A DNA stretch of 64,000 bases from Nitrospirota bacterium. Its GTDB lineage: Bacteria; UBA2233. Below are positions 54,986 through 64,000 of this stretch, piece by piece. The translations under genes and the position numbers were made by a program. The stretch lies in the NCBI GenBank assembly GCA_011620345.1, contig WOZJ01000066.1, positions 1 to 64,000 of the forward strand, written 5' to 3'. Each line of letters opens with the position of its first letter. Position 1 is the stretch's first letter. The notes beneath the pieces are model-generated. The model worked only from the letters and a program-made list of their open reading frames with translations, searched no databases and was not told where the DNA came from.

Positions 54986-56104
54986 ATGAGATCCAACGAG
55001 ACCCCCAAAGTATTCCACGTCCTTAGTTCTGTATCCAAGGGGGGGATGGAGCTTTTTCCCGTGATGCTGGCCAAAGCCCAGATTGCCTCCAAGATACATG
55101 CGAGCCTCGTGGCCCATGAATCCGGGTTTGTCCTTAAGCACGCCAGAGAATCTCACGTGCCCGTCTTTGACATTAAAGGCCAGGGCTCGCTCTTTAAGCG
55201 GCTTTTTGAGCTCTCAGGCCCATGCACGGTGTTCCATGTCCACTACCCCAAGGATCTCTTTGTCGCATCGCTCGTAAGGCGACTTAAGCCCCAAGTTCGG
55301 CTTGTGTTCACCAAACACAGCGCCTCCAAGGGAACAAAGACGGACCCTTACCACAGGTTTTTGGTTTCCTCGATCGATGCCTTCGTGGCGAACTCTCGGT
55401 TCCTTGCCCAAAACTCCGCCGCGGTTTATGGGATCCCTGAAGAACGCATCCCGGTCGTGTATTACGGATTAGACGAAGGAAGAATTCCTAAAAGGCCTGA
55501 CGAGGCCAGGGTGGCCTTTCGCGCCAAGCATGCCATTCCTCAAGAGGCGTTTGTGTTCGGGCTCGTCGCGCAGTACTCTAGGTCCAAATGTCAAGATGTT
55601 TTTCTCAAGGCCATCGCCCTTTTGCTTTCTTCGCTTCCCAAAGGCCGTCCCCTTCCCCACTTCCTCATGGCCGGACCCGAGGCCGATGCGGGCTTCTTGG
55701 ACGAACTCAAGGCGCTCGCGGCCTCCTTGGGGATCCAGGACCAAGTTCGCTTCCTGGACTTTCAGCCCAACGTGGGCCCGGTGTTTGCCTCGCTCGATTG
55801 CCTTGTGTTGCCGAGCAAAGAGGAGGCGTTCGGAATCGTGCTCTTGGAGGCGATGGCGCTCGGAAAGCCTTGCATCGTCACCCGGGCGGGCGGTGCGATC
55901 GAGGCCGTCGAGGATGGTAAGGCAGGCCTCTGGGTGGAGCCCATGGACAAGAAAGGCCTGGCGGGGGCGATGCTTCGCTTGCTTCAAGAACCAAAGCTTT
56001 CAGAAAGCCTGGGCGCTTTTGCTACACTATGGGTACGCGAACGTTTCTCGATGGCACGCTGCGTTGAGGAGTATCAAAGGGTATATGAAAACCTCTTTGC
56101 CTGA
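54986..56104 (+). CDS. Glycosyltransferase family 4 (paralog of the upstream gene)
   Basis: GGME, EAFGIVLLE; shares KTDPYHR and IP.EAFVFG.VA.Y...KC.DVFLK with its neighbour. Confidence 0.9.
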   Translation: MRSNETPKVFHVLSSVSKGGMELFPVMLAKAQIASKIHASLVAHESGFVLKHARESHVPVFDIKGQGSLFKRLFELSGPCTVFHVHYPKDLFVASLVRRLKPQVRLVFTKHSASKGTKTDPYHRFLVSSIDAFVANSRFLAQNSAAVYGIPEERIPVVYYGLDEGRIPKRPDEARVAFRAKHAIPQEAFVFGLVAQYSRSKCQDVFLKAIALLLSSLPKGRPLPHFLMAGPEADAGFLDELKALAASLGIQDQVRFLDFQPNVGPVFASLDCLVLPSKEEAFGIVLLEAMALGKPCIVTRAGGAIEAVEDGKAGLWVEPMDKKGLAGAMLRLLQEPKLSESLGAFATLWVRERFSMARCVEEYQRVYENLFA

Positions 56105-57164
56105 TCAGGCTAATGATGGTTCGGCTCAGACGAAGGCCGAAGCGCTCAAGGAGCGGCTTCGGGCGATCGCCCGCGGTCTGGGGCGCGCGAGCGTCTTGGT
56201 TGTCGGCGATGTCATGCTCGACCGCTACCTGATGGGTGCAATCCAACGGATCTCGCCGGAAGCGCCCGTTCCCATCCTGGAGGTTGGACAGGAGACGCTC
56301 AAGCTTGGCGGAGCGGGCAACGTGGCCAAGAACATCCGCAGCCTTGGCGGAAACGTGCGCGTCTTCGGCATTATCGGCCAGGACGAAACGGGCGTCCGGC
56401 TTAAAGAGCTGGCCTCTTCGCTCGGGATCGACCCGGAAGGGTTGATTTTTGAGCCAGGCCGGCCGACTACGCTCAAAACCAGGCTGATCGCCCACAACCA
56501 ACAGCTCGTCCGGTTCGACATCGAGACCAGGAGACCGATCGCGAAGCGCGCGGAGGAAAGGCTCAAAGGTCTTGTCGAAAAGGCGCTTCGCTCGGCGGAC
56601 GCGGTGGTCCTATCGGATTACCGCAAAGGGACCCTGACACTCAAGATTTGCAGGTTTGTGCTGGAAATGGCCAAGGTTTTTGGTGTTCCCGTGTTCGTTG
56701 ACCCCAAGCTAAGGTCGCCCGCGTTTTACAAAGGGGCGTTTTGCATTACCCCCAACATCAAGGAGGCCCTCGAGCTTGCGAGGGTAGCGCCAGGCTTGAA
56801 CGGGACGCAACGCTCGCTCGAGCTTGCGGGCAGAGGGCTTCTTAAGAGGTTTGCCTGCGAGTATGCGCTCGTGACCCGCTCGGAGGAGGGCATGAGCCTT
56901 TTTTCCAAGGAGGGGGGCCATTACCATATCCCCACGCAAGCAAGGGCGGTGCACGACGTAACGGGTGCGGGCGATACGGCCGTGGCCACGCTTGCCTTGA
57001 GCGTAGCCGCCGGCGCCGGCATGCTCGAAGCGACGCTCATGGCCAACCTAGCCGCCGGGGCCGTGGTCGGCAAGCTAGGGACGGAAGCGGTATCCCTTGA
57101 GGAATTGGCCGGGTTGATCGAAGGGGGGCGCTTCTTGGACGACGCCCCCTCGGTGATATTTTAA
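56085..57164 (+). CDS. hldA: D-glycero-beta-D-manno-heptose-7-phosphate kinase (HldA, copy 2)
   Basis: GDVMLD, RISPEAPVP, GGAGNVA, K.R, QQ..R.D, SDY.KG, VDPK, TPN..E, DVTGAGDT. Confidence 0.9.
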   Translation: MKTSLPDQANDGSAQTKAEALKERLRAIARGLGRASVLVVGDVMLDRYLMGAIQRISPEAPVPILEVGQETLKLGGAGNVAKNIRSLGGNVRVFGIIGQDETGVRLKELASSLGIDPEGLIFEPGRPTTLKTRLIAHNQQLVRFDIETRRPIAKRAEERLKGLVEKALRSADAVVLSDYRKGTLTLKICRFVLEMAKVFGVPVFVDPKLRSPAFYKGAFCITPNIKEALELARVAPGLNGTQRSLELAGRGLLKRFACEYALVTRSEEGMSLFSKEGGHYHIPTQARAVHDVTGAGDTAVATLALSVAAGAGMLEATLMANLAAGAVVGKLGTEAVSLEELAGLIEGGRFLDDAPSVIF

Positions 57165-57173
57165 GTAGGATTT

Positions 57174-58037
57174 ATGGCCTGGCATTCGATGACCGGCTTC
57201 GGGACAGCCTTTAAGAATCTTCCTCGGGGGAGGCTTGCGATTTCCTTGAAATCCCTCAACCTCAAAGGCTTGAGCGTGGTGTGTAGGGGGAATGTCCGCG
57301 ACCTTGGCTTAGAGGCCGAGCTGGAGAAGCGCATCCGGCAAAAGATCCTCCGTGGCCGTGTCGAAGTGGAGATTATCGAAGAGCGATTGGGGGTGCTTGG
57401 GAATTTCGATGAAGAAAGGCTAAAAGAGCTGCATGCCGGCTTGGAACCCCTTTCTTTCAAGCTTGGGCTTCCGTTGGCGCTGTCGCTGGCCGAGTTGCTT
57501 ACGTTTGGCATTAAGTCTGCGCAAGCCGACGGCAAGGGATTTTTTTCCAAGGAAGAGGTCATGGATGTGTTTGAGCGGGCGCTCGAAGCGCTCGTTGCCT
57601 CCCAACAGGCCGAGGGCCGTTCGCTTCTAAACGAGATAGGCCCAGCGCTCGAGGACATTCGATCCAGGCTGGAAGGCATCCTCAGGCTTTACGAAGCCGG
57701 CAGGGAGCATCTTGCCAAACAGCTTGTCCAGAAAATTCAAGAGCTCTTACGACCGGACGTTTCAAGAAACGAAATGCTGACCTTGGCGCTCGGCTACGTA
57801 GACCGCCATGCGATCGAAGAGGAGCTAGCCCGCGCTAAGGCTCACACCCTGCGAATCGCCCAAATCCTTCAATCGGAAAGCTCCCAGGGCTTGGCGCTGG
57901 GCTTTTTTTGTCAAGAGCTTTTGAGGGAGGCAAACACGATGGCTGCAAAGTCTGTATCGGCCGAGATCACCGAGCATGTTGTGGCCATAAAGTGTCGAAT
58001 CGAACAGATAAAGGAGCAGGCCCAAAACCTGGCCTAA
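57174..58037 (+). CDS. yicC: YicC/YloC family endoribonuclease
   Basis: SMTGFG, RGRVE, EELAR, QELLREANT..K, EQIKEQAQN; upstream of gmk. Confidence 0.88.
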   Translation: MAWHSMTGFGTAFKNLPRGRLAISLKSLNLKGLSVVCRGNVRDLGLEAELEKRIRQKILRGRVEVEIIEERLGVLGNFDEERLKELHAGLEPLSFKLGLPLALSLAELLTFGIKSAQADGKGFFSKEEVMDVFERALEALVASQQAEGRSLLNEIGPALEDIRSRLEGILRLYEAGREHLAKQLVQKIQELLRPDVSRNEMLTLALGYVDRHAIEEELARAKAHTLRIAQILQSESSQGLALGFFCQELLREANTMAAKSVSAEITEHVVAIKCRIEQIKEQAQNLA

Positions 58038-58047
58038 GGAGGTATCG

Positions 58048-58677
58048 ATGCTGTTTGTCCTGTCCGGCCCTTCGGGAACGGGAAAGACCACGCTCTGCAG
58101 AATGCTGACCCAAGCCTGCCCAAAAGAGTTCTGGTTCTCTGTTTCCCATACGACCCGCCCGAGACGGCATATGGAGGAAGACGGGAAAGACTACCATTTT
58201 GCTTCCGAAGAGGCATTCCAGGACATGATCGCCAAGGACGCGTTCCTCGAATGGGCGAAAGTTTACGACGCTTACTACGGGACAGCCTTGTTTCCGGTGG
58301 AAGAAGCCCTGGAAAGGGGCTATAATGTTTTATTGGATATCGACGTACAAGGGGGCCTGGCCGTAAAAAAGGGGCGTGATGATGTTACGCTTATTTTTAT
58401 CGTGCCTCCCTCGCTTGCAGCGCTCGAAGCAAGGCTCAAGGGCCGTGGTCGGGACGAGCCGGATGCGCTACGCAAGCGGCTTCAGGCCGTGATGGGCGAG
58501 ATAGAGCGGGCCTTTGCCGCGTATGAGTACATCGTCGTGAACGACGAGCTTGGAAAGGCCCTTCAAGACGTGCTCGCCATCACTCAAAGCGCCCCGCTTA
58601 AGCTCAACAAGCGCAAGCAGGCCGTTTTAGAGGGCTTTCGGCAAGAGTGGGACCAAAAACAACCACGCTTAAAATAA
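58048..58677 (+). CDS. gmk: Guanylate kinase
   Basis: SGPSGTGKTT, SHTTRPR, YYGT, DIDVQG. Confidence 0.96.
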   Translation: MLFVLSGPSGTGKTTLCRMLTQACPKEFWFSVSHTTRPRRHMEEDGKDYHFASEEAFQDMIAKDAFLEWAKVYDAYYGTALFPVEEALERGYNVLLDIDVQGGLAVKKGRDDVTLIFIVPPSLAALEARLKGRGRDEPDALRKRLQAVMGEIERAFAAYEYIVVNDELGKALQDVLAITQSAPLKLNKRKQAVLEGFRQEWDQKQPRLK

Positions 58678-58696
58678 TTAAGACGAGGCAAAACCT

Positions 58697-58885
58697 ATGG
58701 CCCGTATTACCGTTGAGGATTGTTTGGCGAGAGAGCCTTCGATCTACGCGCTCGTCCACCTTACGATCAGGCGCGCAAGGCAGCTTCAAGAGGGCGATAC
58801 GAGCGTCGTTCCTTCCCCTCACAAGCCGGTTGTTACCGCCTTGAGGGAGATCGCGGCAGGAAAGGTTCGTTTTCGTACCGCGTAA
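58697..58885 (+). CDS. rpoZ: RNA polymerase omega subunit
   Basis: MARITVEDC, RARQL, K..V.ALREIA.G. Confidence 0.95.
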   Translation: MARITVEDCLAREPSIYALVHLTIRRARQLQEGDTSVVPSPHKPVVTALREIAAGKVRFRTA

Positions 58886-58903
58886 GGTTCGAAAGTTTTC
58901 GCC

Positions 58904-61087
58904 ATGGTCCGCCTAGACGACATTATCGAATTGGCCAAGGCCAACAGCAAATCGATCGACGTCGACTTGATCAGGAAGGCTTACGTCTTCTCGGCCAAGG
59001 TGCACAGGAACCAACTCAGACTTTCGGGTGAACCCTACCTAGTCCATCCGCTGGACGTGGCCTATATCTTGGCGCACTTGCGTGGCGATGCCGCGACGAT
59101 TGCAGCGGGTCTTCTTCACGACACGGTCGAGGACACGCTCACTACGCTAAGCGAAGTGGAGACGATCTTCGGCGAGGATGTCGCCCATCTCGTGGACGGC
59201 GTGACGAAACTTTCCAAAATCTCCTTTTCATCAAAGCAGCAAGGCCAGCTCGAGAGCCTAAGAAAGCTGGTCCTTGCCATGGCCAAGGATATCCGGGTCG
59301 TGCTCATCAAGCTGGCCGATAGGCTGCACAACATGAGGACGCTGGGTTTTCTTCCCGGGGAGCGTCAATTGGCCATTGCACAGGAGACGCTCGACATCTA
59401 CGCGCCTCTTGCGAACCGGCTCGGGATTTATTGGGTCAAGGCCGAGCTTGAAGATTTGGCTCTACGCTACCTGGACCCGGAGGCTTACTACGAGTTGGCC
59501 ATGCAGGTCGGCAAAAAGCGTGGAGAGCGGGAGGAGTATATCGCCAAGGTGTGCAAGGTCTTGAAGGATGAACTGACCAAGAACGGCATTCTTTGCGAGG
59601 TGATGGGGAGGCCCAAGCATTTCTACTCGATTTACAACAAGATGACCGCGAGGAATGTAGGGTTCGACCAGGTTTACGACGCGTTTGCCTTCAGGGTGAT
59701 CGTCCCGACGATCAAAGATTGCTACGCGGCAATCGGGATCACCCACGCCATGTGGAAGCCTATACCCGGCCGGTTCAAAGACTACATCGCGTTCCCGAAG
59801 GCCAACGGATACCAATCGCTCCACACCACCGTGTTCGGCCCCGAAAAAGACCGGATCGAGATCCAGGTTCGGACTGAGCAGATGCACCAGGTCGCGGAGG
59901 AAGGGATCGCCGCACACTGGCAGTACAAAGAGGGTCAGCCAGAGCTTGCCGAAGAAGAGCGCAGGCAGTTTACCTGGCTTCGTCAAACGCTCGAGAACTA
60001 CCAAGACTTAAAAGACCCGGCCGATTTTTTGGAGAACCTAAAGTTAGACCTCTTCCCGGAAGAGGTCTACGTATTCACGCCCAAAGGGGACATCAAAGAA
60101 TTGCCCAAAGGCGCTTGCCCGATCGATTTCGCGTTTGCCGTCCATACCGAGGTAGGCATGCATTGCATCGGGGCAAAGGTAGACGGCCGGCTCGTTCCTT
60201 TGGACTATCCCCTCAAAAACGGCGACGTCGTCGACATCATGACCTCCACGCACGCCCACCCGAGCAGGGACTGGCTTACCTACGTAAAAACCTCCAAGGC
60301 GAAGTCCAAGGTCAAGGCGTTCGTAAACCTCCAGCAGCTTGCCCGTCAGGCGGGCCTAGGAAGGGAAATTCTCGAAAAAGAGATGCGAAAGCTTGGGTTT
60401 GCCTTGAGCCTGCTTTCCAACTCGGACGTGATCGAACAGGTTCTTTCGTCGTTTCGCATCAAGGAGCTCGATACGCTGTTCGCCCAAATTGCCCAAGGCA
60501 ATGTCTCCGTCCGGGCCGTGATCGAGAAGATCGCGGAGATCAAGAAGCTGGAGATCGCGCCTTCCAAAGAAGAGGGAGTCCAAGGCAGACAAAGCCCCGT
60601 CGTAAAGCCTTCGTTGAGGCAAGGCTCTCCTGTGAGGGTTGACGGGATCGACAACGTCCTGGTTCGTTTTGGGAGTTGCTGCGGGCCCGTCGTGGGCGAT
60701 ACGATCGTCGGGTTTGTCACGCGAGGCCGCGGGGTTACGATTCACGCGCACGATTGTTCAAGGATTGCCGGCGCCGACCCCTCCAGGCTGATTCAGGCGA
60801 ACTGGAGCCTTGCCGGGCCGCTCAGGACGTCCGTTGAGGTCCGAGTGACTTCCAAGGACAAGCAAGGCCTTTTGGCCGAAATCTCCAAAACGATCTCGCT
60901 TGCCAAGGTGAACATCTCCAAGGCCCAAGTCTACACCACCCCACAAAAGGTTGCGGTCCAGCATTTTACGCTGGACGTCGAAAGCCTAGATCAGCTCAAC
61001 CGCGTTCTAGAGGCCATCCGCCAGGTAAAAGGAGTGATTGAGGTCGAGCGTCTCAAGCGTGGATACGCCCAGGCGCTGAACCGATGA
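58904..61087 (+). CDS. relA: Bifunctional (p)ppGpp synthetase/hydrolase (long RSH)
   Basis: Intact HD (LLHDTVED), RFKDYI, YQSLHT, EIQVRT, TGS, CC..H..C, ACT. Confidence 0.95.
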   Translation: MVRLDDIIELAKANSKSIDVDLIRKAYVFSAKVHRNQLRLSGEPYLVHPLDVAYILAHLRGDAATIAAGLLHDTVEDTLTTLSEVETIFGEDVAHLVDGVTKLSKISFSSKQQGQLESLRKLVLAMAKDIRVVLIKLADRLHNMRTLGFLPGERQLAIAQETLDIYAPLANRLGIYWVKAELEDLALRYLDPEAYYELAMQVGKKRGEREEYIAKVCKVLKDELTKNGILCEVMGRPKHFYSIYNKMTARNVGFDQVYDAFAFRVIVPTIKDCYAAIGITHAMWKPIPGRFKDYIAFPKANGYQSLHTTVFGPEKDRIEIQVRTEQMHQVAEEGIAAHWQYKEGQPELAEEERRQFTWLRQTLENYQDLKDPADFLENLKLDLFPEEVYVFTPKGDIKELPKGACPIDFAFAVHTEVGMHCIGAKVDGRLVPLDYPLKNGDVVDIMTSTHAHPSRDWLTYVKTSKAKSKVKAFVNLQQLARQAGLGREILEKEMRKLGFALSLLSNSDVIEQVLSSFRIKELDTLFAQIAQGNVSVRAVIEKIAEIKKLEIAPSKEEGVQGRQSPVVKPSLRQGSPVRVDGIDNVLVRFGSCCGPVVGDTIVGFVTRGRGVTIHAHDCSRIAGADPSRLIQANWSLAGPLRTSVEVRVTSKDKQGLLAEISKTISLAKVNISKAQVYTTPQKVAVQHFTLDVESLDQLNRVLEAIRQVKGVIEVERLKRGYAQALNR

Positions 61088-62817
61088 GCGTCGCGTGGCG
61101 CAAGGCGTTTCTCGCTCCTGTATCGGCGTTTTTTCTGACCTGGATGCTTGCCTTGAGCTCAGCCAACGCCCAAGCCCCGGAGGATCCCGCCAACAAGGAG
61201 GCGGTGGCCTGCGGGGCGATGGTGGCCAGCTCTCATTCCTTGGCTACCCAAGCCGGGCTCGAAATTCTCAAGGCCGGCGGGAACGCCTTTGACGCGGCCG
61301 TAGCCGTCCAGTTTGCGTTGAACGTCGTCGAGCCGATGATGTCTGGCATCGGCGGCGGAGCTTTTTTTCTTGCCTACGAGGCAAAAACGAGGAAGGTGTT
61401 CGTGATCGATGCCAGAGAGCTTGCCCCGAAGAGCGCCCTTCCTCGCATGTTCTTGGATAAGGCAAAAAAACCCATTCCGTTTGCAACGCGCCATACATTG
61501 GGGACCGCCGTGGGCGTTCCCGGGACACTCAAAGGCCTTGCCCTGCTGCACTCCAAGCTTGGCTCCATGCCATGGGCCGAACTGCTTACCCCCGCCCTTA
61601 GGCTTAGCCAAGAAGGCTTTGCAGCGGGAAGGACTCTAGGCAGGTATGCTGCGCTGTCGCGGGAGAAGGTCTGCTCCAAAGAGGCGGGCGGGGTCTTTTG
61701 CCCGGGCGATAGCCCCCTGAAGGCCGGAGGCTGGCTCGTTTTGCCCGCGCTCACCAAGACGCTCGAGGCCATCCAACGAAAGAAAGACGCCGCCCTTTAC
61801 GAAGGCGAAATCGCTCGTGCGATCGTGGAGGCCGTACAAGCGAAGGGCGGAAGCATGACTCTAGAAGACTTAAAGGCATATAAACCAGAGGTTCGGCCCC
61901 CTTTGTGGGGGCGCTACAGGAATTACAGGGTTGCAAGCGTCGGCCCCCCGGGGGGCGGGCTTGCCGTCCTCGAGGCGCTCGGCATCTTGGAGGGCACGGA
62001 TTTTCATGCAACACCCATCCGCTCGGCCAAAAAATATCACCTGCTTTTGGAGGCGATGCGTCTCGTGTTCGCCGACCGCTCCGCTTTCATGGGCGACCCT
62101 GCCTTTGTCGATGTGCCCGTGCGTGGGCTTTTGGACGAGAATTACCTTGCCGGCCGGCGTGCTTTGATCCGTATGGACAAAGCAAACGACAACGTGCATC
62201 CCGGAAAGCCTGCGTATTTTGGCGAGACAACCCACTTCGTCGTGGCTGACGCGTGCGGCAACATCGCTTGCGTGACGTCTACGATCGAACAGCCGTTTGG
62301 GTCTGGAATTTACCTGAAGGAGCACGGCTTTTTCTTGAATAACGAGCTGACCGACTTCGATGCCACACCGGGAGGTCCCAACGAGCCAGGGCCATTTAAG
62401 CGCCCGATGAGCGCGATGGCCCCGACGCTTGTGCTTGAGCGCGGCGTTCCCGTCTTGGCGCTCGGTTCCCCCGGCGGGCCGACGATTATCGCGAGCGTCC
62501 TTCAGGTACTCATCCATCGGCTCGATTACGGGCTCGGGCTCAAAGATGCGATCGAGGAGCCAAGGGTGTTCACTAGCGCCTACCCGTCGTTTGCCTATGA
62601 AAGAGGGGTTCCCAAGGACGCGATGGAAAGACTCCGTGCTCTCGGCCATGCCCCAAACCCACTCCCTACGGAGATCGGAAACGTCCAGGCGATTGAGCGC
62701 GACCCAAAATGGCATCGCTATACCGGGGCTTGCGATTCTACGCGCGAGGGCATGGCCGCAGGGCTCTCGAGACTTGACGATGCCCTTCCGGACGCCAAAG
62801 AAAGAAGGGGGCGTTGA
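61084..62817 (+). CDS. ggt: Gamma-glutamyltransferase (signal peptide)
   Basis: GGNAFDAA, SGIGGG, DARE, ETTHF nucleophile Thr, NNELTDF, KRP.S.M, GSPGG. Confidence 0.93.
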   Translation: MSVAWRKAFLAPVSAFFLTWMLALSSANAQAPEDPANKEAVACGAMVASSHSLATQAGLEILKAGGNAFDAAVAVQFALNVVEPMMSGIGGGAFFLAYEAKTRKVFVIDARELAPKSALPRMFLDKAKKPIPFATRHTLGTAVGVPGTLKGLALLHSKLGSMPWAELLTPALRLSQEGFAAGRTLGRYAALSREKVCSKEAGGVFCPGDSPLKAGGWLVLPALTKTLEAIQRKKDAALYEGEIARAIVEAVQAKGGSMTLEDLKAYKPEVRPPLWGRYRNYRVASVGPPGGGLAVLEALGILEGTDFHATPIRSAKKYHLLLEAMRLVFADRSAFMGDPAFVDVPVRGLLDENYLAGRRALIRMDKANDNVHPGKPAYFGETTHFVVADACGNIACVTSTIEQPFGSGIYLKEHGFFLNNELTDFDATPGGPNEPGPFKRPMSAMAPTLVLERGVPVLALGSPGGPTIIASVLQVLIHRLDYGLGLKDAIEEPRVFTSAYPSFAYERGVPKDAMERLRALGHAPNPLPTEIGNVQAIERDPKWHRYTGACDSTREGMAAGLSRLDDALPDAKERRGR

Positions 62818-62850
62818 AAATGACTCTAAGATCGTCTAAGCTTCCCTCGT

Positions 62851-63729
62851 ATGGCGCTTAGAGGGTCGCTCGAGGAAATGTCGTTTGGTGAATTGCTCGG
62901 CTGGATCTCCCTGGCTGGAAGGACGGGGACGCTTGTCGTTCGCGAAGGAAAGGCCGAAAAGCTCTTCACGTTCGAAAAGAAGCGCCTGATCGCCGCCACT
63001 TCCAACCTTGAGTGGGAACGTCTTGGTTCAATTCTGGTTCGAAAGAGGCTTGCCGACCCTCCAAGGCTCAAAGAAGCGCTCGCGTCCTCCGGCAAGCGGG
63101 GGGTGCGGCTAGGCAAGGCGCTGGTGGACCTCGGGGTGCTCAGCGGAGAAGAGCTCTACTACCTTTTGATTCTCCAGGCGGACACGGTTGTTTTCGATAT
63201 GTTCTTTTGGGAAACAGGACGTTTTGTGTTTTATTCAGAGATCAAAGCGTTCGAGCACCTGCACGACCTCCCCTTTACCCTAGACTATCTTCTGCTTGAA
63301 GGTGCCAGAAGGATGGACGAGGCTTTGGTGATCCGCAGCATGCTACCCTCTCCGTTTGTTACATTTCGAGTCGATCCCGCTCGTGTCGCCGATGATCCCT
63401 TCAAGCGGCGCATTCTCCTTGCTGCCAAGGAAGGGCTTTCGTTGGTCGAGATGATGGTTTCGATACCTCAGGCGGAGTTCTCCGTCCTAAGGGCCGCGTT
63501 TGAGCTCTTTAAAGAAGGAGCGGTTGTTCCCGGGCCGGAAAAAACGTTAGCCAACCTCCGAGACCCCCAGTTTTTCCTGGAGTTTTTAGAGCACGGCTGC
63601 AACGTGTGGAGGGCCAAGCGCCCCGAAGCGCCTTTCTTAAGGCCTCAAGAGGGGGGAGAGGTTCCGGACGACATCAAGCGCTACCAAAATTACTACGCAA
63701 GGCTTGCCTTAGAAGGGGCCAACGACTAA
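62851..63729 (+). CDS. DUF4388 (PATAN-like) domain protein
   Basis: MALRGSL..., RTGTL, RLG..LV, F.W..G.F.F, LLLEGARRMDE. Confidence 0.8.
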   Translation: MALRGSLEEMSFGELLGWISLAGRTGTLVVREGKAEKLFTFEKKRLIAATSNLEWERLGSILVRKRLADPPRLKEALASSGKRGVRLGKALVDLGVLSGEELYYLLILQADTVVFDMFFWETGRFVFYSEIKAFEHLHDLPFTLDYLLLEGARRMDEALVIRSMLPSPFVTFRVDPARVADDPFKRRILLAAKEGLSLVEMMVSIPQAEFSVLRAAFELFKEGAVVPGPEKTLANLRDPQFFLEFLEHGCNVWRAKRPEAPFLRPQEGGEVPDDIKRYQNYYARLALEGAND

Positions 63730-63738
63730 GGAGGTCGC

Positions 63739-64000
63739 ATGCGGAAAAAGGGCAAAGAGATTGTTTTTGGGGTGCTATTTCTTGTTGTGTTTGGGGTCCG
63801 GGCCTTCGGGATGCAAACGCTTGGCCTCGAGACGACCCCCGTCTCTGTCCCATGGCCGACGTACGTGGGCTACTTAAACCAGGACGTCCAGAATGAGCAG
63901 GGTGCCTACTGGGGGTTTGTATGGCTTAGCCGGGTCTATTCCGATCCTGACCTTAGGCCCTCGATCGACCCAAACTTCGACCCTAATTTCCAAATGGTCG
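63739..64000 (+). CDS. Partial hypothetical protein with signal peptide (runs off the window)
   Basis: AAGGAGG RBS, ATG 63739, MRKKGKEIVFGVLFLVVFGVRAFG..., no stop to the window end. Confidence 0.65.
   Translation, partial: MRKKGKEIVFGVLFLVVFGVRAFGMQTLGLETTPVSVPWPTYVGYLNQDVQNEQGAYWGFVWLSRVYSDPDLRPSIDPNFDPNFQMV

Noticed and set aside
55530-56084. N-terminal extension or fusion on hldA copy 2 (similarly 9383, 10585, 27246, 48485)
   Set aside because: Open-frame run-up overlapping the upstream gene; homology starts at the downstream start
63967-63990. DPNF-DPNF tandem
   Set aside because: Only two units at the window edge; cannot be assessed
1-64000. CRISPR array, tRNA/rRNA, IS/integrase, selenocysteine readthrough, frameshifted pseudogenes
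   Set aside because: None seen by eye; genes look full length. tRNAscan or Infernal would be needed to exclude small RNAs

Overview
A 64 kb chromosomal segment of a Gram-negative bacterium. The lipid A/LPS, Bam, Lol, LpxI, FmdB, DUF4388 and sigma-54 content points to a Deltaproteobacteria/Nitrospirota-like lineage, which is inference only. About 0.3-26 kb is accessory and stress metabolism: a compositionally distinct molybdopterin oxidoreductase, treZ-treY, cutA and an M20 peptidase. It also holds a nucleoside phosphorylase divergent from a coupled CCG Fe-S protein and B12-domain radical SAM pair, and an LLM oxidoreductase-cyanase operon. A compact locus there has three sigma-54 promoters and a repeated NtrC-like 7-3-7 palindrome, driving a GT4, an MFS and two small secreted orphan proteins. 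IclR, FmdB, malQ, treS-mak and pyk follow. About 26-64 kb is housekeeping: trxA, gmhA, ssb, ispB, lysS, lolCD, bamA-skp-lpxD-fabZ-lpxA-lpxI-gnnA-gnnB-lpxB-msbA-waaA-lpxK, ADP-heptose and LPS core genes, yicC-gmk-rpoZ-rel and ggt. No rRNA, tRNA, CRISPR array or mobile element was seen. All calls are by-eye motif recognition, with no database search.
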